DNA of 46,644 nt from Promethearchaeati archaeon (GTDB taxonomy: Archaea > Asgardarchaeota > Heimdallarchaeia > JABLTI01): positions 1 to 46,644 of the forward strand of contig JABLTI010000018.1 in assembly GCA_013166835.1 (NCBI GenBank), read 5' to 3'. A model generated the notes under the pieces. The model ran no database searches. It had not been told where the DNA came from and saw nothing but the letters and a program-made list of their open reading frames with translations. A program made the translations under genes and the position numbers. This document shows, piece by piece, positions 45,419 through 46,644 of the stretch; the stretch's first letter is position 1, and each line of letters starts with the position of its first letter.

Positions 45419-46644
45419 ATGCCCAAAAAGAAGTCTCCCGATAAAAGCGATTTTACGAAATTTTCAGGTTTCTATAAACTCACAAGCATTGAACGTCTTA
45501 AGAAAATTCAAGATTTTATTCCAGAGCTAACTGATGATGACATTCAATTATTACTAACAACAGGACCTATTGAGCTGGAAACAGTAAACAGAATGATTGA
45601 GAATGCAGTTGGAACGATTCCAATTCCCTTTGGATTAGCTGTTAATTTTCTCATAAACGATAAAATCTATGTTGTTCCGATGGCAGTCGAAGAACCATCT
45701 GTTATTGCTGCTGTGTGTAATTCTGCGAAACTAACACTCTCAACTGGTGGATTTAGAACATCAACAACAGAACAAATTATGATTGGACAAATACAAATTC
45801 TGGATTTAAGAAATCCTGAAGAAGCAGTTCAAGTTCTTCTGAAAAACAAAGAGCAGATTATGAAAATTGCTAACACTTGTAGCAAAACTTTGATAGAACT
45901 AGGTGGAGGAGCAAGAGATGTTCGAGCAAAAATCATTGATACGCGTGTTGGTAAAATGGTTATCTGTGAAATCCTCGTAGATTGTTTAGATGCTATGGGA
46001 GCTAATGCTGTTAATTCAATGGCTGAAACACTAGCCCCATTTATTGAGGATATTACGGGGGGAAGAGTGCTGCTAAGAATTCTCTCAAATCTTGCTGATT
46101 TACGGCTAGCAAAAGCTTCATGTATTGTTCCAAAGGAAAAATTGGGCGGAGAAGACATTGTGGATAATATTGTTGCTGCTTCAGCTTTTGCAGAAACGGA
46201 TCCATATCGTGCTGCCACTCACAATAAAGGTGTAATGAATGGTATTTCTGCTGTTATGCTGGCAACAGCAAATGATACTCGAGCAATTGAAGCTGGAGCT
46301 CATGCGTATGCTACTCAAGAAGGGCATTATGGTTCAATAACTAATTGGATAAAAAATACAAAAGGTGATCTTGAAGGAACAATCGAAGTTCCAATGGCTG
46401 TAGGGATTATCGGTGGTGCTACAAAAACAAATCCTATAGCACGCATAGCTCTAAAAATACTCAGAGTTGAATCGGCATCAGAATTAGCGCAAGTAGCAGT
46501 AGCTGTTGGTCTTGCACAAAATTTAGGCGCATTAAGAGCTTTAGTAACAACCGGTATTCTAAAAGGTCATATGAAATTACATTCTAAGAATTTAGCAATT
46601 GCTGCTGGAGCTACAGGTGAACATATTGATAAGGTAGCTGAAAT
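45419..46644 (+). CDS. mvaA: Class II HMG-CoA reductase, 3'-truncated by window edge (missing from the ORF track)
   Basis: My translation from ATG 45419 (AAGGAG SD): FSGFYKL, MIENAVG, PMAVEEPSVIAA, DAMGANAVN, DPYRAATHNKGVMNGI, NDTRAIEAGAH, LAQNLGALRALV..GI.KGHMKLH. Confidence 0.95.
   Translation, partial: MPKKKSPDKSDFTKFSGFYKLTSIERLKKIQDFIPELTDDDIQLLLTTGPIELETVNRMIENAVGTIPIPFGLAVNFLINDKIYVVPMAVEEPSVIAAVCNSAKLTLSTGGFRTSTTEQIMIGQIQILDLRNPEEAVQVLLKNKEQIMKIANTCSKTLIELGGGARDVRAKIIDTRVGKMVICEILVDCLDAMGANAVNSMAETLAPFIEDITGGRVLLRILSNLADLRLAKASCIVPKEKLGGEDIVDNIVAASAFAETDPYRAATHNKGVMNGISAVMLATANDTRAIEAGAHAYATQEGHYGSITNWIKNTKGDLEGTIEVPMAVGIIGGATKTNPIARIALKILRVESASELAQVAVAVGLAQNLGALRALVTTGILKGHMKLHSKNLAIAAGATGEHIDKVAE

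Noticed and set aside
45829-46218. 129-aa minus-strand ORF in the track
   Set aside because: Antisense shadow of the HMG-CoA reductase gene on the plus strand.

Overview
AT-rich, gene-dense chromosomal window from an archaeon, most likely an Asgard (Heimdallarchaeia-like) lineage. This is inferred from archaeal markers (archaeal DnaG, Hjc, archaeal-type SAM synthetase, ADP-dependent sugar kinase) occurring together with eukaryote-signature-like proteins (Rab-like GTPase, uDENN/longin-like protein, PCI-like winged-helix protein). There are about 41 protein genes. The first (helical repeat protein) and last (class II HMG-CoA reductase, absent from the ORF track) are cut by the window edges. I found no rRNA, tRNA, CRISPR array or transposase. 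Best leads: (1) candidate 20S-proteasome adaptors, namely a 12-repeat HEAT protein ending ...EEYYYF and a metallo-beta-lactamase-fold protein that has lost its metal ligands ending ...VLYM, both fitting the HbYX docking motif, plus a membrane-anchored tandem PCI-like protein and a protease-less LonB ATPase; (2) an unknown gene upstream of hjc with a ~145-nt structured 3' element (UUCG and GAAA tetraloops) and 5'/3' flanks that can base-pair with each other next to the ribosome-binding site; (3) a LeuC/LeuD-like dehydratase with substituted active-site residues; (4) a Rab-like GTPase/coiled-coil operon. All calls come from reading motifs by eye; no database searches or folding programs were run.
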